The translations under genes and the position numbers were made by a program. From Myxococcota bacterium (GTDB lineage: Bacteria > Myxococcota > JACRCW01), in NCBI GenBank assembly GCA_040752415.1, contig JBFMGU010000026.1, forward strand, positions 1-61,290: a stretch of DNA of 61,290 nucleotides, read 5' to 3'. Below the pieces are notes generated by a model, which was not told where the DNA came from, did no database searches, and saw only the letters and a list, made by a program, of their open reading frames with translations. This document shows, in pieces, positions 18,745-32,677 of this stretch (positions are counted from its first letter, which is position 1; every line of letters starts with the position of its first letter).

Positions 18745-19652
18745 ACACGTCGGTGTCGCGCGCGCACGTTCCTCCCGCCACCCTGCCGCCGGTGCAGGTG
18801 CATGCGCCGCAGGTGCGCTTCCACCACGCCGAGAGGATCCTGCGCACACTGGGGACGCTGGCGCTGCTGGGGCCGCTGCTGGTGCTCGCGCTCTTCCTCG
18901 GCGTGGCGGTCTTCCAGGGTTTCTCCCGCCTCAACCTGGACTTCCTCACCGCGTTTCCGTCCCGCATTGCCACGCGCGCGGGCATCCTCCCGGCGTTGGC
19001 GGGCAGTGCGTACCTGATGGTGCTCACCGCGCTGATGGCCATTCCGCTGGGCGTGGGGGCCGCTGCCTTCCTCGAGGAATACGCGCGACCCGGGAGGCTC
19101 ACCCGCATCATCGAGCTGAGCATCACCAACCTCGCCGGCGTTCCCTCCATCATCTACGGCCTCCTCGGGCTGGAGGTGTTCGTCCGCACCCTGGGGATGG
19201 GACGCAGTCTGCTGGCGGGCGCGGCCACGTTGGCGTTGTTGCTGCTTCCCGTCGTCATCACGGTCTCGCGGGAGGCCATGCGCAACGTGCCCCACTCCCT
19301 GCGGGAAGCCGCGTTGGGGCTGGGAGCGGAGCGCTGGCAGGTGTTGCGACAGGTGGTCCTGCCCGCGGCCGCCCCGGGGATCCTCACCGGCGTGATCCTC
19401 TCGTTGGCGCGCGCGGTGGGAGAGACCGCGCCGCTCATCATGGTGGGGGCGCTGGGGTACGTGGCGTTCGTTCCCACGTCGCTGCAGAGCGCGTTCACGG
19501 TGCTGCCGGTGCAGATCTTCAACTGGATCTCGCGACCCCAGGCGGATTTCCACGTCAATGCGGCCGCGGCCATCGTCGTGCTGCTGGTGCTGATGGCAGC
19601 GCTCAGCGGCGTGGCGATCCTGCTGCGCGTTCGCCTGGAGCGAAGAGCATGA
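18741..19652 (+). CDS. pstA: Phosphate ABC transporter permease PstA
   Basis: [42 protein letters not shown] start overlaps the pstC stop. Confidence 0.93.
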   Translation: MNTSVSRAHVPPATLPPVQVHAPQVRFHHAERILRTLGTLALLGPLLVLALFLGVAVFQGFSRLNLDFLTAFPSRIATRAGILPALAGSAYLMVLTALMAIPLGVGAAAFLEEYARPGRLTRIIELSITNLAGVPSIIYGLLGLEVFVRTLGMGRSLLAGAATLALLLLPVVITVSREAMRNVPHSLREAALGLGAERWQVLRQVVLPAAAPGILTGVILSLARAVGETAPLIMVGALGYVAFVPTSLQSAFTVLPVQIFNWISRPQADFHVNAAAAIVVLLVLMAALSGVAILLRVRLERRA

Positions 19653-20464
19653 CCACGGGCACGGTGCTGGTCCCCCACGTGCAGGCGCGCGCACCGTCGA
19701 CAGCGGCGCTGGCGGAGAAGATGCGTGCGGAAGAACTGCGCGCTTCGTTTGGTGGTGTCCCGGCGCTGCGCGGCATCACGTTGCCCATCATCCAGAACCG
19801 CGTCACGGCGGTGATTGGCCCCTCCGGGTGCGGCAAGTCCACGTTCATCCGCTGCCTCAACCGCCTGCATGAGCTGGGCAACGGTGCAGACATGCAGGGA
19901 CGGGTGCTCCTGGATGGCCACGACATCTACGCGTCCAACGTGAACCCGGTCATGGTGCGTCGACGGGTGGGCATGGTGTTCCAGAAGGCCAATCCCTTCC
20001 CGGCCATGTCCATCCGGGACAACGTGCTGGCGGGCCTGCGCCTGCAGGGCGTGCGCACCGTGCGTGAGGACGAGGTGGTGGAGCGCGCGTTGCGTCAGGC
20101 GGCGCTCTGGGACGAGGTGAAGGACAGCCTGGACCGCTCGGGCACCAGCCTCTCCGGCGGGCAGCAGCAGCGTCTCTGCATTGCGCGCAGCCTGGCGCTC
20201 CGGCCGGAAGTGCTCCTCATGGACGAGCCGTGCTCCGCGCTGGATCCCATTGCCACGGCCAAGATCGAGGAGCTGATCCACGAGCTGCGGCCCAGCTACA
20301 CCATCGTGATCGTGACGCACAACATGCAGCAGGCGGCGCGGGTGGCGGACTTCACGGCGTTCTTCCTGATGGGAGAGCTCATCGAGTACTCGCCCACCGA
20401 GGCCTTGTTCACCCGCCCGGCGGACCGACGCACCGAGGACTACATCACCGGGAGGTTCGGATGA
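19649..20464 (+). CDS. pstB: Phosphate ABC transporter ATPase PstB
   Basis: [41 protein letters not shown]. Confidence 0.96.
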   Translation: MTTGTVLVPHVQARAPSTAALAEKMRAEELRASFGGVPALRGITLPIIQNRVTAVIGPSGCGKSTFIRCLNRLHELGNGADMQGRVLLDGHDIYASNVNPVMVRRRVGMVFQKANPFPAMSIRDNVLAGLRLQGVRTVREDEVVERALRQAALWDEVKDSLDRSGTSLSGGQQQRLCIARSLALRPEVLLMDEPCSALDPIATAKIEELIHELRPSYTIVIVTHNMQQAARVADFTAFFLMGELIEYSPTEALFTRPADRRTEDYITGRFG

Positions 20465-21150
20465 CCTCCACCAGTCGCCACATTGACCGCGAATACGAGG
20501 CGGAGCTCCGTCGCCTCCGGGACCAGCTCCTGTTGATGGGCGCGCGGGTGGAAGCGTTGCTGCGGGACACCGTCAATGCGCTGCTCCGTCGGGACGCGGC
20601 CCGCCTGCGGATGCTCTTCCGCACCGACGACGCCATCGACCAGCTGGAGGTGGAGATCGACGAGTTGTGCCTCCGCATCCTGGCTCGTCGCCAACCGGTG
20701 GCCTCGGATCTCCGTTTCATCACCGTGACGCTGAAGGCGGTCACCGACCTGGAGCGCATGGGTGACCTGGCCGCCAACATGTGCACCCAGGGCGCGGCGC
20801 TGCTGCAGCAATCCGACGTCCCGTTCCCCGCCGAGGTGGGCCGCATGGCGGACGCGGTGCAGCGCATGGTCCACGACGCGTTGGACGCGCTGGTCCGGGG
20901 AGACGCGGAGGAGGCCAGCGCGGTCATCCACGCCGACGCGGAGGTGGACGCCTGCTACGCCACCGTGTTTGCCCACCTCCTCGAGGACATGCAGCAGGAG
21001 CCCACGCACATCGAGCGTGCGGCCAAGATGCAGGCCATCAGCAAGTGCCTGGAGCGCATTGCCGACCATGCCACCAACCTGGCGGAGCTGGTGGTGTTCC
21101 TGGTGAAGGGCAAGGACATCCGTCACGCGCCGTGGCCCACCGTGGCGTGA
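20461..21150 (+). CDS. phoU: Phosphate signalling protein PhoU
   Basis: [31 protein letters not shown]. Confidence 0.95.
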   Translation: MTSTSRHIDREYEAELRRLRDQLLLMGARVEALLRDTVNALLRRDAARLRMLFRTDDAIDQLEVEIDELCLRILARRQPVASDLRFITVTLKAVTDLERMGDLAANMCTQGAALLQQSDVPFPAEVGRMADAVQRMVHDALDALVRGDAEEASAVIHADAEVDACYATVFAHLLEDMQQEPTHIERAAKMQAISKCLERIADHATNLAELVVFLVKGKDIRHAPWPTVA

Positions 21151-21200
21151 GCCGCGCCCCCAGTTGACGACGGCGTGCAAGCCTGCAACTCCATGCAGCC

Positions 21201-24200
21201 ATGGGTGGGCTCCGGGCTCTGACTGTGGCGCTGGCGGCAACGCTGTGGCTGCCGGGGACCGAGGCGCACGCCGCCACCGCGCACTATCTCGTCGTGGAGT
21301 GGACGCCGGAGAACACCCTGGAGGTGGTGCACCGGCAGCTGGTCAGCCTGCCCGCGCCGCCGCAGGGATACACGCCTGACGTCGTCACGGAGCGGTTGAC
21401 CAGCCCCGCCCGCGACGGAGAACGGCTGGCCGCGCGCGTGGTCTCGCCGCAGGGCCACGTGGTGTTCGAGACGGTGGTGGACGCGCCGCGGTTCCTGCGC
21501 GCGGAGTTCCACGACGGGACACCGCGGCGCGCTCCCGTGCTGAGGCCCACGTTTGTGGTTCGCGCGCCGTACGTGGGTGGCGGAACGATGCACCTGGAGA
21601 CGGCGCTGGGCGGGCCCGCGGCCACGGTGAACCTGGACCTCGACGTCATCCGCGCGCCTGCTTCCGTCCAACCGCCTCCCTCGGACCCGTCCATCAATCG
21701 CGTGGACCTGCTCATCATGGGCGACGGGTACACGCAGTTGGAGCAGTCCGCGTTCGAGGCCAAGGCTGCGGAACTGGAGGCCGCGTTCTTCAACATCAGC
21801 CCGTACGCGGAGTACCGGAGCTTCGTGCGCGTCACGAGCCTGTTCACGCCCTCCAACGAGCCCGGCGCCGACCACCCGCCCTACGACGCTGCGTGCGCCG
21901 CGGGAGATCCCAGCTGTTGTGGCGACGGGACGATGGAGGGCGACCCCCTCGCCGGCACCTTCGTGGACACCGCGTTCGACGCCACGTTCTGCTACTACAA
22001 CATCCACCGCCTCATCCTCGTGAACGTGGGCAAGGTCTTCACCGCGGCGGCGGCGGCCCCGGGCTGGGACCAGATCCTCCTCGTGGTCAATGACACCACC
22101 TACGGCGGGGCGGGCGGATTTCCGTCGGTGCTCTCGTCCCATGCGGCGGCGGTGGAGATTGGCCAGCACGAGTACGGTCACAGCTTCACGCAACTCGCCG
22201 ACGAGTACGAGGACCCCTATCCCGGTTTCCCGACGTGCAACGACGTGAACGGGCCGCCGTGCGAGCCCAACGTCACCAACGTGACCTCGCGGGATGCGCT
22301 GAAGTGGGCGCCATGGGTGGCGGACACCACGCCCGTTCCCACGCCGGAAGATGAAGCGTTCGTCGACGCCATGGGCCTGTTCCAGGGTGCGCGCTACCGC
22401 ACCAGCGGCATGTACCGCCCCAAGCAGGACTGCGCGATGCGTGCGTTGGGGCAGTCCTTCTGCAGCGTGTGCCAGCAGGCCTACGTGCTCCGGCTCTACC
22501 AGGGCGGCTGGGGTCAGCCCGTCGACGGCGTGGATCCGATTGAGCCGGGGACGGAGACGCCCAGCCCCGGTGTGGTGAGCCCCGCGCACGGAGACCCCGT
22601 CACGTTCACCGTGGAGCTCCTGCATCCCACGCGCGGCGCGCTGTCGGCGCAGTGGAAGGTGGACGGAGAGCCCGTTCTCGACGCCACCGGCGAGACGTTC
22701 ACCTATGTTCCACCCACGCCGCGCGCCGTGGACGTCAGCGTGGAAGTGGTGGACCCGACGTCACGGGTGCATCCGGACATGGCCGGCGACGCGCTGAAGA
22801 GCACGCGCACGTGGATGGTGACGTATCCCAACGCCGCGCCCGTCGTGGGAACGCCGCCGCCGCAAGCCACCGAAGAGGGCCTCGCGCTCACCGTGCCGCT
22901 GACCGTATCCGACCCTGATGGCGACGCGGTGACGTGTTCGTCGGGCACGCTGCCGGAAGGCGCCACGGTGGATGGCTGCGTCCTGAGCTGGCTGCCCGGC
23001 GTGGATACGGAGGGCGAGTATGACCTCACCATCGACGTCACCGACGGTGGCCGGACCACCTCGCTGCTGCTGCATGTCACGGTGTTGCCCGGCAACCTGG
23101 CGCCCACGCTGACGGCTCCCGCATCCCTCGCGGGGCAGGAGGGCGCCCCGATCACATTCGACATCGAAGCGAATGACCCCGAAGGACTGCCGCTCACCTG
23201 GACGGTGGCCGGCTTTCCAGACGGTGCGATCCTGGACGACGCGACGGGCGCGTTCTCGTGGACACCGGACTACGACGAAGCGGGGGAGCACACGCTGCAC
23301 ATCGAGATCTCCGACGGTGAGCACACGGCGTCGGTCGACGTGGTCATCACCGTGACCAACGTGAACCGCGCGCCGGTCCTCCAGCCCATCGGCCCGTTGC
23401 AGGTGGCCGAGCTTTCCACGCTGACCCTGTCCATCAACGCGAGCGATCCCGACGCCGACACCCTGCGCTACGCCATGGACCCGAGTCCTCCCGGTGCAAC
23501 GCTGGATGCCGCAACGCTCACGTGGATGCCGGACCACACCGCCGCCGGCGTGTATCCCGTTGTCGTCACCGTCTCGGATGGCGTGGAGGCGGTTTCCGAG
23601 GCGGTGACCATCACCGTGACCAACACGAACGTTCCCCCGACGGTGCAACCTGTTCCGCCGCAGACGGTCGCGGAGGGCGAGACGCTCGCGCTGGCGCTCG
23701 TTGCAGCGGACCTCGACGGCGAGACGTTGTCTTTCTCGTCGGCCAACCTCCCCGCTGGCGCGACGCTGAGCGTGACCGGTGATTTCTCCTGGACGCCGCG
23801 CTTCGACCAGGCCGGTTCGCACACCGTTGCGCTCGTCGTCAGCGACGGTGAGGCGGCCACCACGCTGGACCTGGACATCTCGGTCACCAACACCAATCGC
23901 GTACCGGTGCTGGCTGTCATCCCGGCCCAAATGACGTCGGAGGGCGTCGAGCTCGTCGTGGCGGTGCCGGTGAGTGACCCGGATGGAGATGTTCTGCAGG
24001 TTGCCCTCTCCGGCGCGGAAGGGGCCACGTATGACCCGACGCCGCGCCAGATTCACTGGACGCCAGGCTTTGACCAAGCGGGTGCGCATGACGTGGAAAT
24101 CACCGTTTCCGATGGAGCGGCCGAGATCCGGGGCGCGTTCCACGTCACGGTTGCGAACACGAATCGTCCCCCCACGCTGGATGTGCCCGAGGTGATTCCC

Positions 24201-24839
24201 GCGACGGAAGGCGTGGAGCTCGACGTCGCCATCGCGGCATCGGACCCCGACGGTGACGTGACGACCGTGGAGGCCTTGCAGTTGCCCGAGGGCGCCTGGC
24301 TGATCGGCGGCCGGCTCACCTGGACGCCGCACTACGACGATGCAGGTCAACACCCAGCGTTCTTCCGTCTTTCCGATGGGATGACCGCAGTCGAGCAACG
24401 CATCACGGTGGATGTGGCCAACGTCAACCGCGGTCCGGCTTTCGTCCTCATTCCCGCGCAGCACGCTGAGGCGGAAGAGCAGCTTGAATTCGTCGTCAAC
24501 GCGCTCGACGCGGACGACGACGTGCTGGCCTACAGCGTGGAGGCCCTTCCCGCGGGTGCGGCGTTTGATTCGCAGGCGCACCGGTTCTCGTGGACGCCAA
24601 GCGGCCGGCAAGCGGGTGAGCACACCGTCGACTTCGTCGTTGCGGACGGCGTCACCACTGACAGGATGAACGTGCTCATCCGGGTGCGCGCCGCTTCCGA
24701 TCCGCAGGTGATCGCGCCTCCGAGCTGCGGATGCATCGAGTCGGGAGACGGCGTGGAGCCCTGGGCCGCGCTCGCGGCAATGCTGGGGGCGTCGTTCAAC
24801 GCACGTCGTCGTCGGCCACGCTCGGCGTCACGTCGTTGA
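21201..24839 (+). CDS. Surface M64 (IgA-peptidase-family) metallopeptidase with 7 Ig/cadherin-like repeats and MYXO-CTERM-like anchor
   Basis: Signal peptide; IMGDGYT, YGGAGG, HEYGHSFTQLADEY, YRP..C.M....FC..C; ~90-aa repeats starting N-x-x-P (NAAP, NLAP, NRAP, NVPP, NRVP, NRPP, NRGP) with DPDGD and WTP; tail SCGC..hydrophobic..RRRR. Confidence 0.85.
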   Translation: MGGLRALTVALAATLWLPGTEAHAATAHYLVVEWTPENTLEVVHRQLVSLPAPPQGYTPDVVTERLTSPARDGERLAARVVSPQGHVVFETVVDAPRFLRAEFHDGTPRRAPVLRPTFVVRAPYVGGGTMHLETALGGPAATVNLDLDVIRAPASVQPPPSDPSINRVDLLIMGDGYTQLEQSAFEAKAAELEAAFFNISPYAEYRSFVRVTSLFTPSNEPGADHPPYDAACAAGDPSCCGDGTMEGDPLAGTFVDTAFDATFCYYNIHRLILVNVGKVFTAAAAAPGWDQILLVVNDTTYGGAGGFPSVLSSHAAAVEIGQHEYGHSFTQLADEYEDPYPGFPTCNDVNGPPCEPNVTNVTSRDALKWAPWVADTTPVPTPEDEAFVDAMGLFQGARYRTSGMYRPKQDCAMRALGQSFCSVCQQAYVLRLYQGGWGQPVDGVDPIEPGTETPSPGVVSPAHGDPVTFTVELLHPTRGALSAQWKVDGEPVLDATGETFTYVPPTPRAVDVSVEVVDPTSRVHPDMAGDALKSTRTWMVTYPNAAPVVGTPPPQATEEGLALTVPLTVSDPDGDAVTCSSGTLPEGATVDGCVLSWLPGVDTEGEYDLTIDVTDGGRTTSLLLHVTVLPGNLAPTLTAPASLAGQEGAPITFDIEANDPEGLPLTWTVAGFPDGAILDDATGAFSWTPDYDEAGEHTLHIEISDGEHTASVDVVITVTNVNRAPVLQPIGPLQVAELSTLTLSINASDPDADTLRYAMDPSPPGATLDAATLTWMPDHTAAGVYPVVVTVSDGVEAVSEAVTITVTNTNVPPTVQPVPPQTVAEGETLALALVAADLDGETLSFSSANLPAGATLSVTGDFSWTPRFDQAGSHTVALVVSDGEAATTLDLDISVTNTNRVPVLAVIPAQMTSEGVELVVAVPVSDPDGDVLQVALSGAEGATYDPTPRQIHWTPGFDQAGAHDVEITVSDGAAEIRGAFHVTVANTNRPPTLDVPEVIPATEGVELDVAIAASDPDGDVTTVEALQLPEGAWLIGGRLTWTPHYDDAGQHPAFFRLSDGMTAVEQRITVDVANVNRGPAFVLIPAQHAEAEEQLEFVVNALDADDDVLAYSVEALPAGAAFDSQAHRFSWTPSGRQAGEHTVDFVVADGVTTDRMNVLIRVRAASDPQVIAPPSCGCIESGDGVEPWAALAAMLGASFNARRRRPRSASRR

Positions 24840-26157
24840 TCTCGATGGCGTCTTCTGGCGCTTCTTCTTCCAGCGGAGGTTGTGACACGTCGGGCTGCGA
24901 CGAGGCGAGGACCCACGCGGAGAGCATCCACGGCGTGAACGCGTCAATGACCAGCGCCACCAGCGGCAGCACCAGCGCCAACGCTCCGATCACCATGGTT
25001 GCCACGAACGCAATGATCGCAAGCGGTGCGACGACGAGACTCCCGTACAAGGACAGGTAGAACACCACGCCCGTGGCAATCGTGGCTGCTCCCGTCGCCG
25101 CCAGGCCCAGCGCGGCCAGCGGAAGCCCAAAGGTCAGCGCGGAGAGGAAGAACGCCTTGGAGAAGAGCAACACGTCGACGAGAGGCTGCGGCGAATCATG
25201 GGTGCGCAGTCCGGACACGCCCGCCGCCTGCGTGAGCCGCTCGGTGATGCGCTTGCGCGCGGCCACCGCCGCCAGCAGCGGCCCGACGACGGGAAGGAAC
25301 TCCAGGTGTGCACTCCGCTCCCACGCACCCCGGGCGGACGTGGCGAGCAGCGCGGCGGCAAGTGGCAGCGGCAGCGGTCTCTCACCGGGGAGGCGCGCCT
25401 TCGCGGGATTGGGAACGGAGGTGACGGGCTCCGTCTTCTGCTGCGTCATCACGTTGTTCCACACCGCGTCTCCCGCGGCCACGGACACGCGCGCGGCCAG
25501 GGCATACGGGAGCAGGTAGAACACCGAGTACAGGAACCCCGCGCACGACGACACCATCAACGCTGCACCCACGCCACCCAGGTACACGGCCCACCAACGC
25601 TGCGCAGGCTGACCCCGGACGATCATCCACGAGACGATTCCCGCCGTGGCCAGCACGCCCGCGTAGTACGGCAGCAGCGTCAGGAGGTAGACCGGATACA
25701 TCACGAGGTAGCCCGCGTACGTGATGATGAGTCGCGCCAGGGCGGCGGCGTACGCGGCAGCGCTTCCGCGGATCCATTGGCCTCCCACGTCGGGCGCGGC
25801 CTTTTCCTGCGCCCACGCGCCGGCGAGGCCACCCAGGAGCGGCGCCATGCTCCACAGCACCGGACTGCACGGACCGAGCGGCAGGATGAGCAGCGGGGCC
25901 AGCATGCCGTAACCGCCCAGGTACGCGTCGCGGGCCACCTGTTGCGACGACGCGGCGTCGGCGGGCTCCTCGATCTCGGGCTCCGCTTGGGGGGCGGGTT
26001 GCGCGGGCTCCTCGAGCGGATCACCGGGGAGCTGGCCCCAGTCCGACGACGGTGGCGTGGTGCGTGGAGCAGGAGAGGGCGCGGGCGTCTGCGCCATCAG
26101 GCCCATCACCACCAGCAAGCACGCTGCCGCCACACCGAGCCTCCCGCGCAAGACCAC
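24796..26157 (-). CDS. Hypothetical multi-pass membrane protein
   Basis: Signal-like N-terminus, Pro/Glu-rich linker, many TM segments. Confidence 0.7.
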   Translation of the reverse strand: MVLRGRLGVAAACLLVVMGLMAQTPAPSPAPRTTPPSSDWGQLPGDPLEEPAQPAPQAEPEIEEPADAASSQQVARDAYLGGYGMLAPLLILPLGPCSPVLWSMAPLLGGLAGAWAQEKAAPDVGGQWIRGSAAAYAAALARLIITYAGYLVMYPVYLLTLLPYYAGVLATAGIVSWMIVRGQPAQRWWAVYLGGVGAALMVSSCAGFLYSVFYLLPYALAARVSVAAGDAVWNNVMTQQKTEPVTSVPNPAKARLPGERPLPLPLAAALLATSARGAWERSAHLEFLPVVGPLLAAVAARKRITERLTQAAGVSGLRTHDSPQPLVDVLLFSKAFFLSALTFGLPLAALGLAATGAATIATGVVFYLSLYGSLVVAPLAIIAFVATMVIGALALVLPLVALVIDAFTPWMLSAWVLASSQPDVSQPPLEEEAPEDAIEINDVTPSVADDDVR

Positions 26158-26268
26158 ACGCGGAACGCACGCTAGCAGGAGGGCTCACCCCGCGGCCACG
26201 CGCGAGGGAAGGGATGGATGTTGAGGAGGACGGCGGGGCCGCGCAGCGCGTTCTCCGCCGTCACCCGC

Positions 26269-28893
<2,625 letters not shown>

Positions 28894-28948
28894 GGGACCG
28901 CCTTTCGGAACCTTGGACAGGCCCCCCGGGCCCGTCACCGCGTTGGGC

Positions 28949-28976
28949 AAGCTAAGCACTCCCCAGAGGCTGACAA
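28949..28976 (-). promoter_or_regulatory. Candidate sigma70 promoter of clpB
   Basis: TTGTCA-N16-TAGCTT; overlaps a single CIRCE-like arm GAGTGCTTA. Confidence 0.4.
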
Positions 28977-29152
28977 GGGGCTGCGGTGCAAGTCCTGATC
29001 CATGCCCCCCGACGACGAGGAAAGCAGGCTTGGACACGTGATCCCGGCGCGGACGCCGTCGTTCCAGGCCATGTTGACGCATGCGTTGCGGGTTGTCGGG
29101 ACGCCGGGAGTTTGACGCTGGATGCGCGCGGACGGCAGGATTGACGACGAGG

Positions 29153-30676
29153 ATGCTCCAAGAATCCGCTCCCGCGGCATGGCCTGAGCGCGCCTGGCTC
29201 CCGGCGGTCCTGCTGCTCGCGGGCGTGCTGCGCTTCTGGGAGCTCGGCGCGCAGGGGTTGTGGGCGGATGAGGCGGTCTGCGTGGTGTGGGCGTCCCTGC
29301 CGGTGGGGGAGCTGCTCGCGCGGCTGGCTTCGGACACGCAGTCCCCGCTGTATTTCCTGCTGCTGAAGGCGTGGATGTCCGTGCTGGGTGACAGCGAGGC
29401 CAGCGTCCGCGCGCTCTCCGCGGTGGCGGGGCTCCTCGCGGTGCGGGTGCTGGCTCGGACCGTGCGGCGCGTCTCGTCGTGGCCGGTGGCGGCGGTGTCC
29501 GCGTTGTTGCTCGCGGTGAGCCCCATGGCGGTGCACTACGCCCGGGAGACGCGCGCCTTCGGGCTGTTCATCCTCACGGTCACCTTGGCGTTGGATGCCC
29601 TCGTCGTCGGGTACCGAAGACCTGGCGCCCGCGGGACCGCCTACCTCGCGTTGGCCACGACGTTGCTGCTGTACACGCACAACCTCGGGGTCTTCTACGG
29701 CGCGGCGTTCTACGTGGTGGCGGCGCTCCTGCCGACGGAGAACCGGGCCGCGTGGTGGCGGACGCTCCTCGTGGCGGGCGGGGCCTCCGCGGTGTTGTTC
29801 CTCCCGTGGCTGCCCACGCTGGTGGGCCAGGCGCAGGGCGTGACGACGAGCTACGCGTGGCTGACGGACGCGTGGGAGCGGCTCTTCCCCTGGCAGGTGC
29901 CCACGTCCCTGCTTGCGCTCACGCCGGGCGCGGGACCACCGGTGCGCAACGGGATCGACGCGTTGGGCTGGGTTGCCGTCGTCACCGGCGTGTTGGGCTG
30001 GTTCGCCGCGGCGTGGAACACCTGGCGCACCGAAGAGCCCACGCTCAAGCTCGCGCTTGGAGCCACGGTGGTTCCGCTGCTGATGATCTTCGCATACTCG
30101 GCCGTTGCCCATCCCATCCACGTCGTGGGGCGGGTGGACGCGGCGGCGGTGGTGCCGGCGGCGTGGGCGCTCGGTGCCGCGGTGACGACGTTGCCTCGCG
30201 TCGCCCGCGTTGTCGGGTTGGCCACGTTGCTCGCCGCGTCGATGGTTCCGCTGGGGCAGGAGATCGCGCTGGACACGCGTTCCCAGGAGCGGGCCATCGC
30301 GCGCGGGCTCGCCGACGCCATGGGCCAGGGGGACGTCCTTGTCGTCGCCACCGCGCACCGCGACACCTTCGCCTACTACCTGCAGCACCTGCGCCCCGAG
30401 GTCACCGTGCGCGGTTTTCCCACCGGCCGCGACCGGAATGCGTTCGTCATCGACGAGAATGCGCCCCTTCCGCAGGACGCCGCCACGCTGGAGCAGGAGG
30501 TGCGCAAGGCTCTCGTCGGGGCGGGTGGTCGTCACGTCTTCGTGTTGTCCCAACCGGGACCCTTCCGGGACCACCTGCATGGGGCGCTGTCGTCGGGCTA
30601 TTCCCCCGCCGGCGGGCAGGAGGTGGGCTTCCTGCAGTTGGCCATCCACCGCTTCGCCCTCGCTGGTGCGCCGTGA
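29153..30676 (+). CDS. GT-C glycosyltransferase (GT39/ArnT/PMT_2-like)
   Basis: [41 protein letters not shown]; many TM segments. Confidence 0.82.
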   Translation: MLQESAPAAWPERAWLPAVLLLAGVLRFWELGAQGLWADEAVCVVWASLPVGELLARLASDTQSPLYFLLLKAWMSVLGDSEASVRALSAVAGLLAVRVLARTVRRVSSWPVAAVSALLLAVSPMAVHYARETRAFGLFILTVTLALDALVVGYRRPGARGTAYLALATTLLLYTHNLGVFYGAAFYVVAALLPTENRAAWWRTLLVAGGASAVLFLPWLPTLVGQAQGVTTSYAWLTDAWERLFPWQVPTSLLALTPGAGPPVRNGIDALGWVAVVTGVLGWFAAAWNTWRTEEPTLKLALGATVVPLLMIFAYSAVAHPIHVVGRVDAAAVVPAAWALGAAVTTLPRVARVVGLATLLAASMVPLGQEIALDTRSQERAIARGLADAMGQGDVLVVATAHRDTFAYYLQHLRPEVTVRGFPTGRDRNAFVIDENAPLPQDAATLEQEVRKALVGAGGRHVFVLSQPGPFRDHLHGALSSGYSPAGGQEVGFLQLAIHRFALAGAP

Positions 30677-30701
30677 TGGCGTCGGGGTACAGGCAGGTTC
30701 C

Positions 30702-31964
30702 ATGACGCCGCAGTCCGTGCAGAGCCACGTCGTCACCCGGGCCACGCGCGCCGTGCTGGCGGAGCTGGTTGTCGCTGGGCTGGCCATGGTGCTCCTGGTT
30801 GACGGGCTTTCGCAGGCCTACCAGGAGCTGCTTGGCACCCCGTTCATCTACGACGTGGAGACCTACCTCCGGGCCGCGCGCGGGATGACCATCTTCTTTG
30901 ACACCGCCGAGCGCGAACCCTGGCATCCCTTCTGGCTGCGCCTGGGCCTCGCGTGGTTTGGCGACGTGGAACGGGCCGCGCGACTGGTCACCGTGGCGCA
31001 GACGCTCCTCGCCGGGATGGCGCTCTACGGGTTCTGCCGCGCGCACCTGGGCGTTCTCACCGCCGTCACCACGCTCTGGCTCTTCGCCGGCAATCACACC
31101 GTGCACTACTACGGCGTGAGCGGGCTGCGGGACCCCGTCTACGCCGCGCAGCTGCTCCTGTTCTTCTGGTTCATGTTCCTTCCCGTCGGCGTTCCGCGCG
31201 CCGCGCGCACCGACGTGTGGGCCGCGGTGTGGGGCGCCGTGCTGTACCTGACGCGCGTCTATGGATTGCTGCAGGTGGCCTGTGCCGCGGTGTGGCTGCT
31301 GTTCCAGGCGCGGGCGTGGCGCTCCCCGTCACGACGGGACGTGCTGCGACGCGTGGGCGTGGTCCTGACGGCGCTCCTCGTCACCGTGGCGCTCGACCGC
31401 ATCCTGCGCGGCACCAACCACGTCGGCAACGACGTCATCTACTGGTGGGCGCGCGAGAAGCTGAACGCGGACCCCACGCCGGACATGCCGCGCATGACCA
31501 TGCTCCAGTACATCATGGACGGTCGCACGGTCTGGGATGTCGTCGAGCGTGTGGTGCGCAATCACGGTCTGTTCCTGCGCGCGTATCTCCCGTCGTTCGG
31601 ACACGGTTGGACCCTGGCTTCACCCACGTTGCTCGTCGTGGGAGCGGCGTTGGCGGTGTGGAAGCGTCGGGAGTTCGTGCCCGTGGCGGTGGTCCTGGCG
31701 CTGGCGCCGGCGGTGTTCGTGCTGAACGTGAACATGGTTCCCACCGCGTTTGGCGTCGACAAGCGCCTGGTACTGCAGGCCTATCTCCTCGCGCTGCCGT
31801 TGATGCCGTGGTCGCTGTGGACCCTGTGTGAGTTGGCTCTCGGCGTCCTCTCCCGACGGAGCCCCGCCCTCGCGCCGGTGCACGCGTGGCTGGTGCGATG
31901 GCAGCGTCCCGGCGGGCCCGGTCGTACCTCGGACGTTGACGAGGGCACGCCGTCATCCCTTTGA
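30702..31964 (+). CDS. GT-C-like integral membrane glycosyltransferase
   Basis: TM1 followed by YDVETY..AR, REPWHP loop; ~10 TM segments; cluster context. Confidence 0.65.
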   Translation: MTPQSVQSHVVTRATRAVLAELVVAGLAMVLLVDGLSQAYQELLGTPFIYDVETYLRAARGMTIFFDTAEREPWHPFWLRLGLAWFGDVERAARLVTVAQTLLAGMALYGFCRAHLGVLTAVTTLWLFAGNHTVHYYGVSGLRDPVYAAQLLLFFWFMFLPVGVPRAARTDVWAAVWGAVLYLTRVYGLLQVACAAVWLLFQARAWRSPSRRDVLRRVGVVLTALLVTVALDRILRGTNHVGNDVIYWWAREKLNADPTPDMPRMTMLQYIMDGRTVWDVVERVVRNHGLFLRAYLPSFGHGWTLASPTLLVVGAALAVWKRREFVPVAVVLALAPAVFVLNVNMVPTAFGVDKRLVLQAYLLALPLMPWSLWTLCELALGVLSRRSPALAPVHAWLVRWQRPGGPGRTSDVDEGTPSSL

Positions 31965-31996
31965 AATGGTCCGCGCTTCCAGTGTAGAAGGGCGTG

Positions 31997-32659
31997 ATGG
32001 CATCGCACTCCGCTGGAGCGGCCCACGCCCACGCAGGCTCCAACGACCCGCAGATGTGGTCGCAGTATCACGCGGCACGGCCGGGCACGTTGCAGTTCGC
32101 GTTGCACGAGCTGAAGACGCACGTGGTCTGTCGCATGTTCGCCCAGCGCATCCTGGAGCTGAGCGGACCGGTGTCTTCCGCCCTGGAGCTGGGTTGCGGC
32201 ACCGCCTCCACGCTGGAGCGGATCCGTCGTCGCATTGGCGGGCCGTGCACCGGCGTGGACAACTGTGAGCCCGCCGTCGTCGACGCGCGCGCGCAGTACC
32301 CGCGGCTGGACCTCCAGGTGGGCGACATCTTCAACCTGCCGTACCCGGAGAAGTCCTTTGACCTGGTGTACTCGGTGGGCCTGTTCGAGCACTTCGCCCA
32401 CCAGGACCAGCTGCGCCTGCTGGAAATCCACGCCCGTCACGCACGCAAGGCCGTGGTGATGATGGTCCCCGCCGACAGCGTGGTGTTCAACAGCATCATC
32501 TTCTTCAACAAGCGCATCCGCGGCCGCAGCGGCACGTGGGCGGATGAGCAGGTCTTCACGCTGCGCAGTCTCCGACGGTACTTCCCGGGTTATTCCTTCT
32601 TCGGCGGGAAGGACCATCGCTTCGCGAACATGATCATGTGGTTCGGCTGGCGGCCGTGA
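31997..32659 (+). CDS. Class I SAM-dependent methyltransferase
   Basis: LELGCGT, GVD, GDIFNLPYPEKSFDLVYSVGLFEH. Confidence 0.88.
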   Translation: MASHSAGAAHAHAGSNDPQMWSQYHAARPGTLQFALHELKTHVVCRMFAQRILELSGPVSSALELGCGTASTLERIRRRIGGPCTGVDNCEPAVVDARAQYPRLDLQVGDIFNLPYPEKSFDLVYSVGLFEHFAHQDQLRLLEIHARHARKAVVMMVPADSVVFNSIIFFNKRIRGRSGTWADEQVFTLRSLRRYFPGYSFFGGKDHRFANMIMWFGWRP

Positions 32660-32677
32660 GGCCCTGAGGAGTCGCGG

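Noticed and set aside
24796..24839. Convergent 3' gene overlaps (also 38694-38740)
   Set aside because: Short tail overlaps are common in GC-rich genomes; no further signal.
28953..28979. CIRCE (HrcA) operator upstream of clpB
   Set aside because: Only one arm (GAGTGCTTA) matches; the partner arm 9 bp away does not.
28894..29526. 211-aa N-terminal extension of ClpB in the ORF track
   Set aside because: It overlaps the divergent GT gene and the promoter region; ClpB homology begins at ATG 28893.
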